This document shows, one piece after another, positions 28,141-38,600 of a DNA stretch of 64,000 nucleotides. Each line of letters begins with the position of its first letter. Positions within the stretch are counted from its first letter, which is position 1. Under the pieces are notes generated by a model. It did no database searches and was not told the DNA's origin. It saw nothing but the letters and a program-made list of their open reading frames with translations. The position numbers and the translations under genes are program-made. The DNA is taken from contig CAXQZU010000040.1 in assembly GCA_964228555.1 (NCBI GenBank), forward strand, positions 47,511 to 111,510, in the 5' to 3' direction. Origin of the DNA: Planctomycetota bacterium. Its GTDB lineage: Bacteria > Planctomycetota > PLA2 > JAEUHO01.

Positions 28141-29430
28141 ATGGGTCGCCATGACCGCGAGCACGACCTGGCGTGGCTGTCAGCAGCGGCCCTGTGCCGC
28201 AGCACGGGCGTGGGGCTCTCGGGCGTGCTGGTGCTGCTGGTGCTGGTTCGCTGCGGGCATGACGCGGGCGAGGCCACGCAGGTGCTGGCCTGCGGCCTGC
28301 TCGGGGGCGCGGCGGGACTGCTGCTCGTGACGCGCGGCGCGCCGCGCTGGGGCCGCCGCCGCACGCTGCAGGTGCTGTCGCTGGCCCAGGCGCTGGGCGG
28401 CGGCCTGCTGGCGCTGGTGGCGCCGAGCCTGCCGCTGGCCGCGCTGGCCTCGTTCCTCGGCATGGTCAACGGCATGGGCCGCGACCGCGGCGCCGCGCTG
28501 GCGCTGGAGCAGGCCGTGCTGCCGTCCACGGCCCCGGAGGCGCGGCGCACGCATGCCTTCGCGCGCTACCACGTCGTGCTGGACGCCGGCCACGCGCTGG
28601 GCGCGCTGCTGGCCGGCCTGCCGCTGCTGCTGGCGCCGTGGCTGGAGTCCGCCACGGCCGAGCGCGCGACGCTGGCGCTGCTGCTGCCGCTGGGCCTGCT
28701 GTCCTTCGCCTGCCACCGGCGGCTGGGACCCGGCGCGGAGGACGGCGAGCAGGCGCGGCCGCCCCCGCTCGCGCCCGCATCGCGGCGCGTGCTGGCGCGC
28801 CTGTGCGCGCTCTCGGCCCTCGACAGCCTCGGGGGCGGCTTCCTGCCCAACGCCCTGCTGGCGCTGTGGTTCTCGTCGCGCTTCGGGCTTGAGCCTGCCG
28901 CGCTGGGCGTGCTCTTCGCGCTGGGCCGCGTGGCCAACGCGCTCTCCTACCCGCTGGCGGCGCACCTCGCGGCGCGCATCGGGCTGGTGCGCACGATGGT
29001 GTTCACGCACCTGCCCTCCAGCGCCCTGCTGCTGCTGCTGCCCGTGCTGCCCTCCACGGCCTGCGCCGTGGGCCTCTACCTGCTGCGCGAGCTGCTGGTC
29101 GAGATGGACCTGCCCACGCGCCAGTCCTTCGCGATGGCGGTGGTGGCACCCGCCGAGCGCACGCGTGCGGCAGCGGCCACCGGGCTGTGGCGCGCGCTGG
29201 GCTGGGCCGCGGGCGCGCTGGCCGCCGCGCACCTTGTGCCGCGCATGGGCCTGTCGGCCCCCCTGCTCGTGGGCGCCAGCGTCAAGATCGCCTACGACCT
29301 GCTGCTCTGGAGGGCCATGGGCAGGCTCCCCCTGCCCACCCACCCCGGGGAGGCGTCCCCGCCCACCCAGCCCGCAGGCCCGGGCCGGCCCGCGCACCCT
29401 GGGCGCCCGCCGCCCGGCCCGGCGTCCTAG
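28141..29430 (+). CDS. MFS transporter
   Basis: About 12 hydrophobic segments, RWGRRRTL loop motif, LDSLGGGF, MVFTHLPS, EMDLPTRQS. Confidence 0.85.
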   Translation: MGRHDREHDLAWLSAAALCRSTGVGLSGVLVLLVLVRCGHDAGEATQVLACGLLGGAAGLLLVTRGAPRWGRRRTLQVLSLAQALGGGLLALVAPSLPLAALASFLGMVNGMGRDRGAALALEQAVLPSTAPEARRTHAFARYHVVLDAGHALGALLAGLPLLLAPWLESATAERATLALLLPLGLLSFACHRRLGPGAEDGEQARPPPLAPASRRVLARLCALSALDSLGGGFLPNALLALWFSSRFGLEPAALGVLFALGRVANALSYPLAAHLAARIGLVRTMVFTHLPSSALLLLLPVLPSTACAVGLYLLRELLVEMDLPTRQSFAMAVVAPAERTRAAAATGLWRALGWAAGALAAAHLVPRMGLSAPLLVGASVKIAYDLLLWRAMGRLPLPTHPGEASPPTQPAGPGRPAHPGRPPPGPAS

Positions 29431-29484
29431 GCGGCCCCGGCAAGGTGGGCCGCGCCAGCACCCCCGAATCTGGTCGCCGCCGGC

Positions 29485-29513
29485 GGAATGTGGACTACGG
29501 TCGTCCTCATTCC
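29485..29513. promoter_or_regulatory. putative Rrf2/IscR-type operator of the suf operon
   Basis: Inverted repeat GAATGTGGAC-N7-GTCCTCATTC (9/10) just upstream of the rrf2 ATG. Confidence 0.65.
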
Positions 29514-29527
29514 CCCGGGCCCCGGCC

Positions 29528-29977
29528 ATGCTGCGCATCACCCGCCAGACCGACTACGGAATCGTTCTGCTGGCCCGCTTCGCCAGCCTGCCGGCCGGCA
29601 CCGTGCGCAACGCCAAGGAACTGGCCGCCGAGGAGGGCCTGCCGGCCCCGATGGCCAGCAAGATCCTCAAGGCCCTGGGCCGCCACGGCCTGCTGCGCTC
29701 CCACCGCGGAGCCAGCGGCGGCTACAGCCTCTCCCGCCCGCCGCACAGCATCAGCGTGGCCGAGATCATCACGGCCCTCGAGGGCCCCATCGCGATGACC
29801 GAGTGCCTCGGCGCGCAGGCGCGCGCGTGCGCCCTGAGCGCCTCCTGTCCGACGCGTCCCAACTGGGCGCGCATCAACACCGCCATCGCCGGCGCCCTGT
29901 CCGACGTGCACCTCTCCGACATGCTGCCCAGCCCGGTCCACCATGCCGCGCACGGCGCGCGCACCCAGGAGGCCTAG
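29528..29977 (+). CDS. Rrf2-family SUF system Fe-S regulator
   Basis: MLRITRQTDYG, SHRGASGGYSL, three Cys (TEC...C....C). Confidence 0.92.
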   Translation: MLRITRQTDYGIVLLARFASLPAGTVRNAKELAAEEGLPAPMASKILKALGRHGLLRSHRGASGGYSLSRPPHSISVAEIITALEGPIAMTECLGAQARACALSASCPTRPNWARINTAIAGALSDVHLSDMLPSPVHHAAHGARTQEA

Positions 29978-29980
29978 CCC

Positions 29981-31456
29981 GTGAGCCAGCCGCTGCCGCA
30001 GGCCCAGCCCACGCCCGCCGACGACCCGCTCGCCCGCGTCACGCAAGGCGAGTACCAGTGGGGCTTCGTCACGCCCATCGAGAGCGAGGTCGCGCCCAAG
30101 GGGCTCTCCGAGGACGTGGTGCGCTTCATCAGCGCCAAGAAGAACGAGCCGGCCTGGCTGCTCGAGTGGCGCCTCAAGGCCTACCGCGCGTGGCTGTCCA
30201 TGCGCGAGCCCGCGTGGGCCAAGGTGAGCTACCCGCGCATCGACTACCAGGCGATGTCGTACTGGGCCGCGCCCAAGTCGGCCGCCAGCCGTCCCAAGAG
30301 CCTCGACGAGGTGGACCCCGAGCTGCTCAAGACCTACGAGAAGCTGGGCATCCCGCTGCAGGAGCGGGCTGCGCTGGCCGGCGTGGCCGTGGACGCCGTG
30401 TTCGACAGCGTGAGCGTGGCCACCACCTTCAAGGACAAGCTGGCCTCGCTGGGCATCCTGTTCTGCTCGTTCAGCGAGGCCGTGCGCGAGCACGGCGACC
30501 TCGTGCAGCGCTGGCTGGGCAGCGTGGTGCCGCAGGGCGACAACTTCTTCGCGGCCCTCAACAGCGCCGTCTTCAGCGAGGGCTCGTTCGTGTACGTGCC
30601 ACGCGGCGTGCGCTGCCCGATGGAGCTGAGCACCTACTTCCGCATCAACGCGGCCGAGACCGGCCAGTTCGAGCGCACGCTGATCATCGCCGACGAGGGC
30701 GCCTCGGTGTCCTACCTCGAGGGCTGCACGGCCCCCAAGCGGGACGAGAACCAGCTGCATGCGGCCGTGGTCGAGCTGGTAGCGCTCGACGACGCCACGA
30801 TCAAGTACAGCACGGTGCAGAACTGGTACCCCGGCGACCGCGAGGGCCGCGGCGGCATCTACAACTTCGTCACGAAGCGCGGCGCCTGCCGCGGGCGCCG
30901 CTCGAAGATCTCGTGGACGCAGGTGGAGACGGGTTCCTCCATCACCTGGAAGTACCCGTCCTGCCTGCTGCTGGGCGACGACAGCGTGGGCGAGTTCTAC
31001 AGCGTGGCCGTGGCCAACCACCGGCAGCAGGCCGACACGGGCACCAAGATGGTGCACGTGGGCAAGCGCACGAAGAGCACCATCGTCAGCAAGGGCATCT
31101 CCGCCGGGCGCGGCCAGAACACCTACCGCGGGCTGGTGAAGGTGATGCCCGGCGCCGAGGGCGCGCGCAACCACAGCCAGTGCGACTCGCTGCTGCTGGG
31201 CGACCGCTGCGGTGCCCACACCTTCCCCTACCTCGAGGCCCGCAACCCCACGGCGCAGGTCGAGCACGAGGCCTCCACCTCGAAGATCAGCGAGGACCAG
31301 CTCTTCTACCTGCGCCAGCGCGGCATCAGCGCCGAGGACTCGGTGAGCATGATCGTCAACGGCTTCTGCAAGGACGTGTTGCGCGAGCTCCCCATGGAGT
31401 TCGCCGTCGAGGCGCGCAAGCTGCTCGGCGTCACGCTGGAAGGATCGGTCGGCTAG
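29981..31456 (+). CDS. sufB: Fe-S cluster assembly protein SufB
   Basis: [40 protein letters not shown]. Confidence 0.97.
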   Translation: MSQPLPQAQPTPADDPLARVTQGEYQWGFVTPIESEVAPKGLSEDVVRFISAKKNEPAWLLEWRLKAYRAWLSMREPAWAKVSYPRIDYQAMSYWAAPKSAASRPKSLDEVDPELLKTYEKLGIPLQERAALAGVAVDAVFDSVSVATTFKDKLASLGILFCSFSEAVREHGDLVQRWLGSVVPQGDNFFAALNSAVFSEGSFVYVPRGVRCPMELSTYFRINAAETGQFERTLIIADEGASVSYLEGCTAPKRDENQLHAAVVELVALDDATIKYSTVQNWYPGDREGRGGIYNFVTKRGACRGRRSKISWTQVETGSSITWKYPSCLLLGDDSVGEFYSVAVANHRQQADTGTKMVHVGKRTKSTIVSKGISAGRGQNTYRGLVKVMPGAEGARNHSQCDSLLLGDRCGAHTFPYLEARNPTAQVEHEASTSKISEDQLFYLRQRGISAEDSVSMIVNGFCKDVLRELPMEFAVEARKLLGVTLEGSVG

Positions 31457-31476
31457 GCCGGCCCGGAGGCACCCCG

Positions 31477-32283
31477 ATGACCCTCAGCATCCGCGACCTC
31501 GAGGCCCAGGTGGACGGCAAGCCCATCCTGCGCGGCCTCACGCTGGACGTGCGCCCCGGCGAGGTGCACGCCATCATGGGCCCCAACGGCAGCGGCAAGA
31601 GCACGCTGGCCTACGTGCTGGCCGGCCGCGACGGCTACGAGGTGACGGGCGGCTCGGTGGCCTGGCAGGGCAAGGACCTGCTGGCGCTGGCGCCCGAGGA
31701 GCGCGCGCGCGAGGGCCTGTTCCTGGCCTTCCAGTACCCGGTGGAGATCCCGGGCATCAACAACGCCACCTTCCTGCGCGCAGCGCTCAACGCCCAGCGC
31801 AAGCACCGCGGCGAGGCCGAGGTGGATGCCATGGACTTCATGGCGCTGGCGCGCGAGAAGGCACGCCTGCTGGAGATGGACGACCGATTCCTGCTGCAGC
31901 GCAACGTCAACGAGGGCTTCAGCGGCGGCGAGAAGAAGCGCAACGAGGTGCTGCAGATGCGGGTGCTGCAGCCGCGCCTCTCCGTGCTCGACGAGACCGA
32001 CTCCGGCCTCGACATCGACGCGCTGCGCGTCGTGGCCCGCGGCGTGAACGCCCTGCGCGACGGCGTGCGCTCCTTCGTGGTCATCACGCACTACCAGCGC
32101 CTGCTGGACCTGATCGTGCCCGACGTGGTGCACGTGCTGGCCGGGGGGCGCATCGCGCGCACCGGCGGCCGGGACCTGGCGCTGGAGCTGGAGAAGCAGG
32201 GCTACGCATTCCTCGGCGCGACGGGCGCGGCGGCCACGGCCCCGGTGGCCTCCGCACGGCCCGGCGGGAGCGGCGCGCGGTGA
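31477..32283 (+). CDS. sufC: Fe-S cluster assembly ATPase SufC
   Basis: MGPNGSGKST, FQYPVEIPG, NEGFSGGEKKRNE, LDETDSGLDID, ITHYQRLL. Confidence 0.97.
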   Translation: MTLSIRDLEAQVDGKPILRGLTLDVRPGEVHAIMGPNGSGKSTLAYVLAGRDGYEVTGGSVAWQGKDLLALAPEERAREGLFLAFQYPVEIPGINNATFLRAALNAQRKHRGEAEVDAMDFMALAREKARLLEMDDRFLLQRNVNEGFSGGEKKRNEVLQMRVLQPRLSVLDETDSGLDIDALRVVARGVNALRDGVRSFVVITHYQRLLDLIVPDVVHVLAGGRIARTGGRDLALELEKQGYAFLGATGAAATAPVASARPGGSGAR

Positions 32284-33632
32284 GCCCGGCGGCCGTCCCC
32301 GCGCCCGCGCCGGCCCCCGCCGCGCCGCGCAGCGGCTGGCGCACGGCGTTCGAGCGCCACGAGGCGCCGCGCGCGCCGTGGCTCGACGGCCTGCGCCGTG
32401 CCGCGATGGAGCACTTCCTGGCGGAAGGCTTCCCCACGCCGCGCCACGAGGACTGGCTGTCCACGAGCCTCGCCGCGCTGGAGGAGGCGCGCTTCGGGCC
32501 CACGCCGCTGGCGCCGGCCCCGGTGGGCTGCGCCGCCATCGATCCCGTGCTGCGAGCGCTGCCGCGATCGGGGCGGGTGGTGTTCGTCGATGGACGCCTG
32601 CACGAGGGGCTCTCGGCCCCGCTGCCGGACGGCGTGCGGGTGACGCCGCTGGATCAGGCGCTGGCCAGCCGGCGCGAGGTGCTGGAGCGGCTGCTGATGC
32701 TGCCGCCCGAGGAGCAGGCGCATCCCTTCGTGCGCCTGGGCACGGCCTTCCTCGGGCAGGGCGTGCTGGTGGAGGTGGCGCCGGGCGCGACGCTTGACGG
32801 CCCGCTGGTGCTCCAGCACGTGCGCACGAAGGACGTGGGCCCGCTGGCCCTGCACCCGCGCACCGTGGTGCTGGCCGGCGAGCGTTCGCGTGCCACGCTG
32901 TTCGAGTCCTGGGTGGGCCTCGGCAGCGGGCACGACCTCACGAACGCCCTCACGCAGGTGGAGGCAGCGCCCGGCGCCCGCCTCGAGCACGTGCGCGTGC
33001 AGCGCGAGGGCTACGGCACCGTGCACGTGGGCCTGCTCAAGGCGCGCGTGGAGCGGGACGCGGCCTTCCATGCGGTGGTGCTCTCCTTCGGTGCGGCGCT
33101 GGCCCGCATGGAGACCGACATCGCGCTCGTGGGACCCGGGGCCGATGCCTCCCTCGACGCGCTCTACGTGCTGGACGGCGAGCGCCGCGCCGACCTGGTC
33201 TCGCGCGTGGCCCACCTCGTGCCCCACGCCACCAGCCGCCAGCGGGTCAAGGGCGTGCTGGACGGCGCCAGCCGCGGCGCCTTCACCGGCCGCGTGCGCG
33301 TGGCCCCCGGGGCCCTCAAGACCGACGCGCGCCAGGGCAGCCACAACCTGCTGCTCTCGCCGCGCGCGCTGGTCGAGTCGCGCCCGCAGCTGGAGATCGA
33401 CGCCGACGACGTGAAGTGCTCGCACGGCGCCACGGTGGGCCGGCTGGACGCCACCGCGCTCTTCTACCTGCGCAGCCGCGGCATCGCCGAGGCGCAGGCC
33501 CGCCAGCTGCTGGTGCATGCCTTCGCCGCCGAGGTGCTCTCGCACCTCCCCGAGGGCGCGGCCCGCGGCGCCCTCGACCAGGTGCTGGCCGGCGGCCTGC
33601 ACGAGGCCATCTCGCCGGGGAGGGCCCCTTGA
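32280..33632 (+). CDS. sufD: Fe-S cluster assembly protein SufD
   Basis: FPTPRHEDW, PQLEIDADDVKCSHGATVG, LFYLRSRGI. Confidence 0.95.
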   Translation: MSPAAVPAPAPAPAAPRSGWRTAFERHEAPRAPWLDGLRRAAMEHFLAEGFPTPRHEDWLSTSLAALEEARFGPTPLAPAPVGCAAIDPVLRALPRSGRVVFVDGRLHEGLSAPLPDGVRVTPLDQALASRREVLERLLMLPPEEQAHPFVRLGTAFLGQGVLVEVAPGATLDGPLVLQHVRTKDVGPLALHPRTVVLAGERSRATLFESWVGLGSGHDLTNALTQVEAAPGARLEHVRVQREGYGTVHVGLLKARVERDAAFHAVVLSFGAALARMETDIALVGPGADASLDALYVLDGERRADLVSRVAHLVPHATSRQRVKGVLDGASRGAFTGRVRVAPGALKTDARQGSHNLLLSPRALVESRPQLEIDADDVKCSHGATVGRLDATALFYLRSRGIAEAQARQLLVHAFAAEVLSHLPEGAARGALDQVLAGGLHEAISPGRAP

Positions 33633-34903
33633 CCCCCGCACCGCAGGCGCGTGGGGCCGCCCCCGCGACGCGCGGCACGCGTCCCCTGGACGTGCAGGCC
33701 GTGCGCGCCGAGTTCCCGCTCCTCGCGCGCACGGTGCACGGCAAGCCGCTGGCCTACCTCGACCACGCCGCCACCACGCAGAAGCCCCTCGCGGTGCTGG
33801 AGGCGCTGGATGGCTACTACCGCCACCACAATGCCAACGTGCACCGGGCCGTGCACCTGCTCTCGGCCGAGGCCACGCAGGCCTTCGACCGTGCCCGCGA
33901 GCGCGTGCGGGCCTTCCTCGGGGCCGGCGACACGCGCGAGGTGATCTTCGTGCGCGGCACCACCGAGGCCATCAACGTGGTGGCGCAGGGCTGGCTGCGC
34001 CCGCGCCTGCAGCCCGGCGACGAGATCCTCGTCAGCGCCATGGAGCACCACAGCAACCTGGTGCCGTGGCAGATGGTGGCCGCCGCCGCGCGGGCCACGG
34101 TGCGCTACATCCCCTACAGCGATGCCGGCGTGCTCGACCTGGAGGCGCTGGACCGGCTGCTGGGGCCGCGCACGCGCCTGCTGGCGGTGGGCCACGTGAG
34201 CAACGCACTGGGCACGGTCCATCCCGTCGCCGAGATCGTGCGCATGGCCCACGCGCACGGCGTGCCCGTGCTGGTGGACGGGGCGCAGGGCGCGCCGCAC
34301 CTGATGGCCGACGTGCAGGCCCTGGGCTGCGACTTCTACGCCTTCTCCGGCCACAAGACCTACGGGCCCACCGGCATCGGCGTGCTCTGGGGCCGCCTCG
34401 AGCGCCTCGAGGAGGTGGAGCCCGTGCAGGGCGGCGGTGACATGATCCGCACCGTCACGCTGGAGGGCAGCACGTGGGCCGAGCTGCCCGCGCGGCTGGA
34501 GGCCGGCACGCCCCACATCGCGGGCGCCATCGGCCTGGGCGCGGCGCTCGACTGGCTGTCGTCCTTCGACCGCGACGCCGTGCAGGCGCACGAGGGCGCC
34601 ATCGCCGCCTACGCCGCCCAGCGCCTCGCCGCACTGCCCCGCACGCGCCTGGTCGGCACCGCGCCGCACCGCGTGGGCGTGGCCTCCTTCGTGGTGGACG
34701 GCGTGCACCCGCACGACCTTGGCACCATCCTGGACCGCGAGGGCGTGGCCATCCGCACGGGCCACCACTGCGCCCAGCCCGTCATGGACCGCTATGGCGT
34801 GCCGGCCACCGCGCGCGCCTCCTTCGGCATCACCTCCACGCGCGAGGAGGTGGACGCGCTGTGCGCGGCCGTCGAGAAGGCCATCCGCATGTTCGTGCGC
34901 TGA
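33629..34903 (+). CDS. sufS: cysteine desulfurase SufS
   Basis: YLDHAATTQKP, MEHHSN, DGAQ, FSGHK, RTGHHCAQP; TTG start overlaps the sufD stop. Confidence 0.95.
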   Translation: MTPAPQARGAAPATRGTRPLDVQAVRAEFPLLARTVHGKPLAYLDHAATTQKPLAVLEALDGYYRHHNANVHRAVHLLSAEATQAFDRARERVRAFLGAGDTREVIFVRGTTEAINVVAQGWLRPRLQPGDEILVSAMEHHSNLVPWQMVAAAARATVRYIPYSDAGVLDLEALDRLLGPRTRLLAVGHVSNALGTVHPVAEIVRMAHAHGVPVLVDGAQGAPHLMADVQALGCDFYAFSGHKTYGPTGIGVLWGRLERLEEVEPVQGGGDMIRTVTLEGSTWAELPARLEAGTPHIAGAIGLGAALDWLSSFDRDAVQAHEGAIAAYAAQRLAALPRTRLVGTAPHRVGVASFVVDGVHPHDLGTILDREGVAIRTGHHCAQPVMDRYGVPATARASFGITSTREEVDALCAAVEKAIRMFVR

Positions 34904-34913
34904 GGAGAAGAGC

Positions 34914-35381
34914 GTGTCCGAGCTGGGCGACCTCTACCAGGAGCTGATCCTCGACCACAACCGCAGCCCGCGGAACTTCCGCCGGCTGGAGCCCTGCAGC
35001 GCGCGCGCCGAGGGGCACAACCCCTTGTGCGGCGACCGCGTGACGGTGTTCGTGCAGCGCGACGGCCCGCGGCTCGCCGCGGTCACCTTCCAGGGCCAGG
35101 GCTGCGCCATCAGCACCGCCTCGGCCTCGCTCATGACCGAGGCCACCGCCGGGCGCACCGAGGGCGAGGCGCGCGCCCTCTTCGAGCGCGTGCATGCCCT
35201 GCTCACGGCACCCCCCGAGGATGCGCCGGCCGCGGCGCAGGGGCTGGGCAAGCTGGCAGCCTTCGCGGGCGTGAGCGAGTTCCCGATGCGCGTGAAGTGC
35301 GCCTCGCTGGCCTGGCACACGCTGCTGGCCGCGCTCGACGGGAGCCAGCAGCCCGTGCGCACCGAGGAGGGACCCGCATGA
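34914..35381 (+). CDS. sufU: SufU (NifU-like) sulfur acceptor
   Basis: LYQELILDH, NPLCGD, GCAISTASAS, RVKCA.LAW. Confidence 0.94.
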   Translation: MSELGDLYQELILDHNRSPRNFRRLEPCSARAEGHNPLCGDRVTVFVQRDGPRLAAVTFQGQGCAISTASASLMTEATAGRTEGEARALFERVHALLTAPPEDAPAAAQGLGKLAAFAGVSEFPMRVKCASLAWHTLLAALDGSQQPVRTEEGPA

Positions 35382-35923
35382 GCAGCACGTCGCCCGGGAC
35401 GCCCGCCCCCGACCCCTGGCCCACGGGCGGGACGCCGCGTCCGCCCTCGCCGCCCCCGCCGCCGGCCGTCGCCTATCCCCCGCTGCCGCCGGATGCACGC
35501 GCCTCGGGCGGAGCCGCGGACGGCCACGCCGGCCACGCGCACGCGCACGAACACCAGGCCTCGCCGGCGGCCTCGCCGCCCGTGCCCAGCGGGCCGCCGC
35601 CCGTGCCGCCCTTCGCGCCGGGCACGCTCGAGCCCTCGATCATCGCGATGCTGCGGACCTGCTTCGACCCCGAGATCCCGCTCAACATCTACGACCTCAA
35701 GCTGATCTACGCCATCGACGTGGACCCGCAGGGCGTGGTCGAGATCCGCATGACGCTGACCTCCCCCACCTGCCCCGTGGCCGGCACGCTGCCTGGCGAG
35801 GTGCAGCAGAAGGTGGCCAGCGTGCCGGGCGTCGCCAAGGCGCATGTCGCGCTGGTCTGGGAGCCGCCGTGGGAGCCCAGCATGCTCAGCGAGGAAGCGC
35901 GCCTGCAGCTGGGGATGCTCTAG
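35378..35923 (+). CDS. sufT: DUF59/SufT Fe-S maturation protein with Pro/His-rich N-terminal extension
   Basis: FDPEIPLNIYDLKL, MTLTSPTCPVA, LVWEPPW, SEEARLQLG. Confidence 0.88.
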   Translation: MSSTSPGTPAPDPWPTGGTPRPPSPPPPPAVAYPPLPPDARASGGAADGHAGHAHAHEHQASPAASPPVPSGPPPVPPFAPGTLEPSIIAMLRTCFDPEIPLNIYDLKLIYAIDVDPQGVVEIRMTLTSPTCPVAGTLPGEVQQKVASVPGVAKAHVALVWEPPWEPSMLSEEARLQLGML

Positions 35924-36199
35924 CCCAGGGCGGATGTGCGCTCACCCGGCCCCGGCACCGGCGCCTGCGTGATTCGGTAGGCGGCCTGCGCCGGGCGGGT
36001 AGCCTCCGGGGGCCGGGTGGACCCGGCGAGCCCGGGCGCACCCCGGCGGCCCGCCCTCCCGAGCCCTCGCCCCGCGCCTCTCCCGAGCCTCCCTCGCCTC
36101 CCCGCAACGACCTACCCTCTTCTCTCGCCCCCGGGCCACGCGGCCAAGCCCACGGCGAGCTTCCACGAGTCACCGGCCGCAGGACACGACGAAGCAACC

Positions 36200-36625
36200 A
36201 TGGGCAAGCGGATCTACTGCGGCAACCTCTCCTTCAACGCCACCGAGGACGACGTGCGCGAGCTGTTCGCGCAGTTCGGCGAGGTGGTCAACGTCCACAT
36301 GGTGATGGACCGCGAGACGGGCCGTCCGCGCGGCTTCGCCTTCGTGGAGATGGCCAGCGATGACGCGGCCCTCAAGGCCATCCAGGCCCTCGACGGCCAG
36401 CGCCACCTCGAGCGCAACCTCAAGGTGAACGAGGCCCAGCCGCGCGAGGAGCGTGGTGGCGGTCGTGGCGGCTTCGGCGGCGGTGGCCGCGGCGGCTTCG
36501 GCGGCGGTGGTGGTGGCTACGGTGGCGGCGGCGGTGGCCGCGGTGGCTACGGCGGCGGTGGCGGTGGCTATGGTGGTGGCGGCGGTGGCCGTGGCGATCG
36601 CGGCGGTCGCGGCGACCGCTGGTAG
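36200..36625 (+). CDS. RRM RNA-binding protein with Gly/Arg-rich tail
   Basis: RNP2 IYCGNL, RNP1 RGFAFVEM, LKVNEA, RGG/GGY tail. Confidence 0.95.
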   Translation: MGKRIYCGNLSFNATEDDVRELFAQFGEVVNVHMVMDRETGRPRGFAFVEMASDDAALKAIQALDGQRHLERNLKVNEAQPREERGGGRGGFGGGGRGGFGGGGGGYGGGGGGRGGYGGGGGGYGGGGGGRGDRGGRGDRW

Positions 36626-36783
36626 CCGCTCGACGCACGCCTGATGCGCCCCACGCGGGCGCTCCTCGCGGCCCGGCGCCTCGTGCGCCGGGCCGCTTGC
36701 TTTGGGGCGCGACGCGCGCGCCGGCCTGCGTCCATCCCCAGCCGTAGCCTGTCGCATCCTGCCGCCCTAGGAAGCCCGCCGCC

Positions 36784-38598
36784 GTGGCCAAGAAGCCCGT
36801 CGCCTACGACGAGAACGCGATCAAGACGCTGGACCCGCTGGCGCACATCCGCCTGCGCACGGGCATGTACATCGGCCGGCTGGGCGACGGCACGAACGCC
36901 GAGGACGGCATCTACGTGATGCTCAAGGAGGTCGTCGACAACGCTGTCGACGAGTTCATCATGGGCGAGGGCAAGCGCATCGAGATCGAGCGCGACGGCG
37001 ACTCGGTGGTGGTGCGCGACTATGGCCGCGGCATCCCGCTGGGCAAGGTCGTGGACTGCGTCAGCAAGATCAACACGGGCGGCAAGTACAACGACGACGT
37101 GTTCCAGTTCTCGGTGGGACTGAACGGCGTGGGCACCAAGGCCGTCAACGCCCTCTCCAGCGACTTCGAGGTCGTGTCGTGGCGCGAGGGCCGCTTCCGC
37201 CAGGCCCGCTTCGCGCAGGGCAAGCTCAAGGCCGACGACGAGGGCAAGGACGAGAGCGCCCCGCGCGGCACCATGGTGCGCTTCGTGCCCGACCGCGAGA
37301 TCTTCGGCGCCTACGCGTGGAACGACGAGTTCATCGCGGCGCGGCTGCGCTTCTACGCGCACCTGCACGCGGGCCTGTCCATCACCTACAACGGCACCAC
37401 CTTCAAGAGCAAGGAGGGCCTCAAGGACCTGCTGGCCGGCGAGCTGGGCGAGGGCCGCCAGGAGTACGAGACGGCCCATGCGCGGCTCGACAAGCTCGAG
37501 ATCGCCTTCACCCACACGACCACCTACGGCGAGAACGTGCTGTCCTTCGTCAACGGGCAGCACACCAAGGACGGCGGCACGCACCTGAGCGCCTTCCGCG
37601 AGGGCCTGGTGAAGGGCGTCAACGAGTTCGCCAAGGCCTCCTTCGCGGGCGAGGACGTGCGCGACGGCCTGCTGGCTGCGGTGGCGGTCAAGATCCAGGA
37701 TCCGGTGTTCGAGAGCCAGACCAAGAACAAGCTGGGCTCGGCCGACGTGCGGCCCTGGATCGTCAAGGAGGTGCAGAACGCGGTGCTGGTGTGGCTGCAC
37801 AAGCACCCCGAGGCGGCCGCCAAGATGCTCGAGAAGGTGCGGGCCAACGAGCGGCTGCGCAAGGAGCTGAGCGCGATCAAGAAGGACGTGCGCGAGCGCG
37901 AGCGCACCACGGCCCTGCGCATCCCCAAGCTCACCGACTGCCGTGCCCACCTGGGCGACGGCAGCAAGCGCGCCGACCAGAGCACGATCTTCCTGACGGA
38001 AGGTGACAGCGCGGGCGGCGGCATGGTGCCCTCGCGCGACGTCGAGGTGCAGGCCATCTTCTGCCTGCGCGGCAAGCCCCTGAACGTGCACGGGCTGCAG
38101 CGCGACGCGGTCTACAAGAACGAGGAGCTCTACAACATCATGCGGGCGCTGGGCATCGAGAATGGCCTCGACGGCCTGCGCTACCAGCGCGTGGTCATCG
38201 CCACCGATGCCGACGTGGACGGCATGCACATCCGCAACCTGCTGATCACCTATTTCCTGCGCTACTTCGAGGAGCTGGTGACGCGAGGCCACCTGTTCCT
38301 GCTGGAGACGCCGCTGTTCCGCGTGCGCAACAAGGACGAGACGCGCTATTGCTACAGCGCGGCCGAGCGCGACAAGGCGTCGGCAGCGCTCAAGAACCAC
38401 GAGATCACGCGCTTCAAGGGCCTGGGCGAGATCAGCCCCAAGGAGTTCGCGCGCTTCATCGGCCCGGACATGCGCCTCGTGCCCGTGACCACCCGCAACG
38501 TGGGCGAGGTCGACCGCTGCCTCGAGTTCTTCATGGGCAAGAACACGCCGGAGCGGCGCACGTTCATCGAGCAGAACCTCGTCACGGACGTGATCTAG
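36784..38598 (+). CDS. parE: type IIA topoisomerase subunit B (probably ParE)
   Basis: HIRLRTGMYIG, EVVDNAVDE, DYGRGIP, EGDSA, LRGKPLN, TDADVDGMHI, RFKGLGE. Confidence 0.88.
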   Translation: MAKKPVAYDENAIKTLDPLAHIRLRTGMYIGRLGDGTNAEDGIYVMLKEVVDNAVDEFIMGEGKRIEIERDGDSVVVRDYGRGIPLGKVVDCVSKINTGGKYNDDVFQFSVGLNGVGTKAVNALSSDFEVVSWREGRFRQARFAQGKLKADDEGKDESAPRGTMVRFVPDREIFGAYAWNDEFIAARLRFYAHLHAGLSITYNGTTFKSKEGLKDLLAGELGEGRQEYETAHARLDKLEIAFTHTTTYGENVLSFVNGQHTKDGGTHLSAFREGLVKGVNEFAKASFAGEDVRDGLLAAVAVKIQDPVFESQTKNKLGSADVRPWIVKEVQNAVLVWLHKHPEAAAKMLEKVRANERLRKELSAIKKDVRERERTTALRIPKLTDCRAHLGDGSKRADQSTIFLTEGDSAGGGMVPSRDVEVQAIFCLRGKPLNVHGLQRDAVYKNEELYNIMRALGIENGLDGLRYQRVVIATDADVDGMHIRNLLITYFLRYFEELVTRGHLFLLETPLFRVRNKDETRYCYSAAERDKASAALKNHEITRFKGLGEISPKEFARFIGPDMRLVPVTTRNVGEVDRCLEFFMGKNTPERRTFIEQNLVTDVI

Positions 38599-38600
38599 CC

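Noticed and set aside
36450-36615. GGC/GGT tandem repeats
   Set aside because: They encode the ordinary Gly-rich tail of the RRM protein; this is not a CRISPR array or VNTR system.
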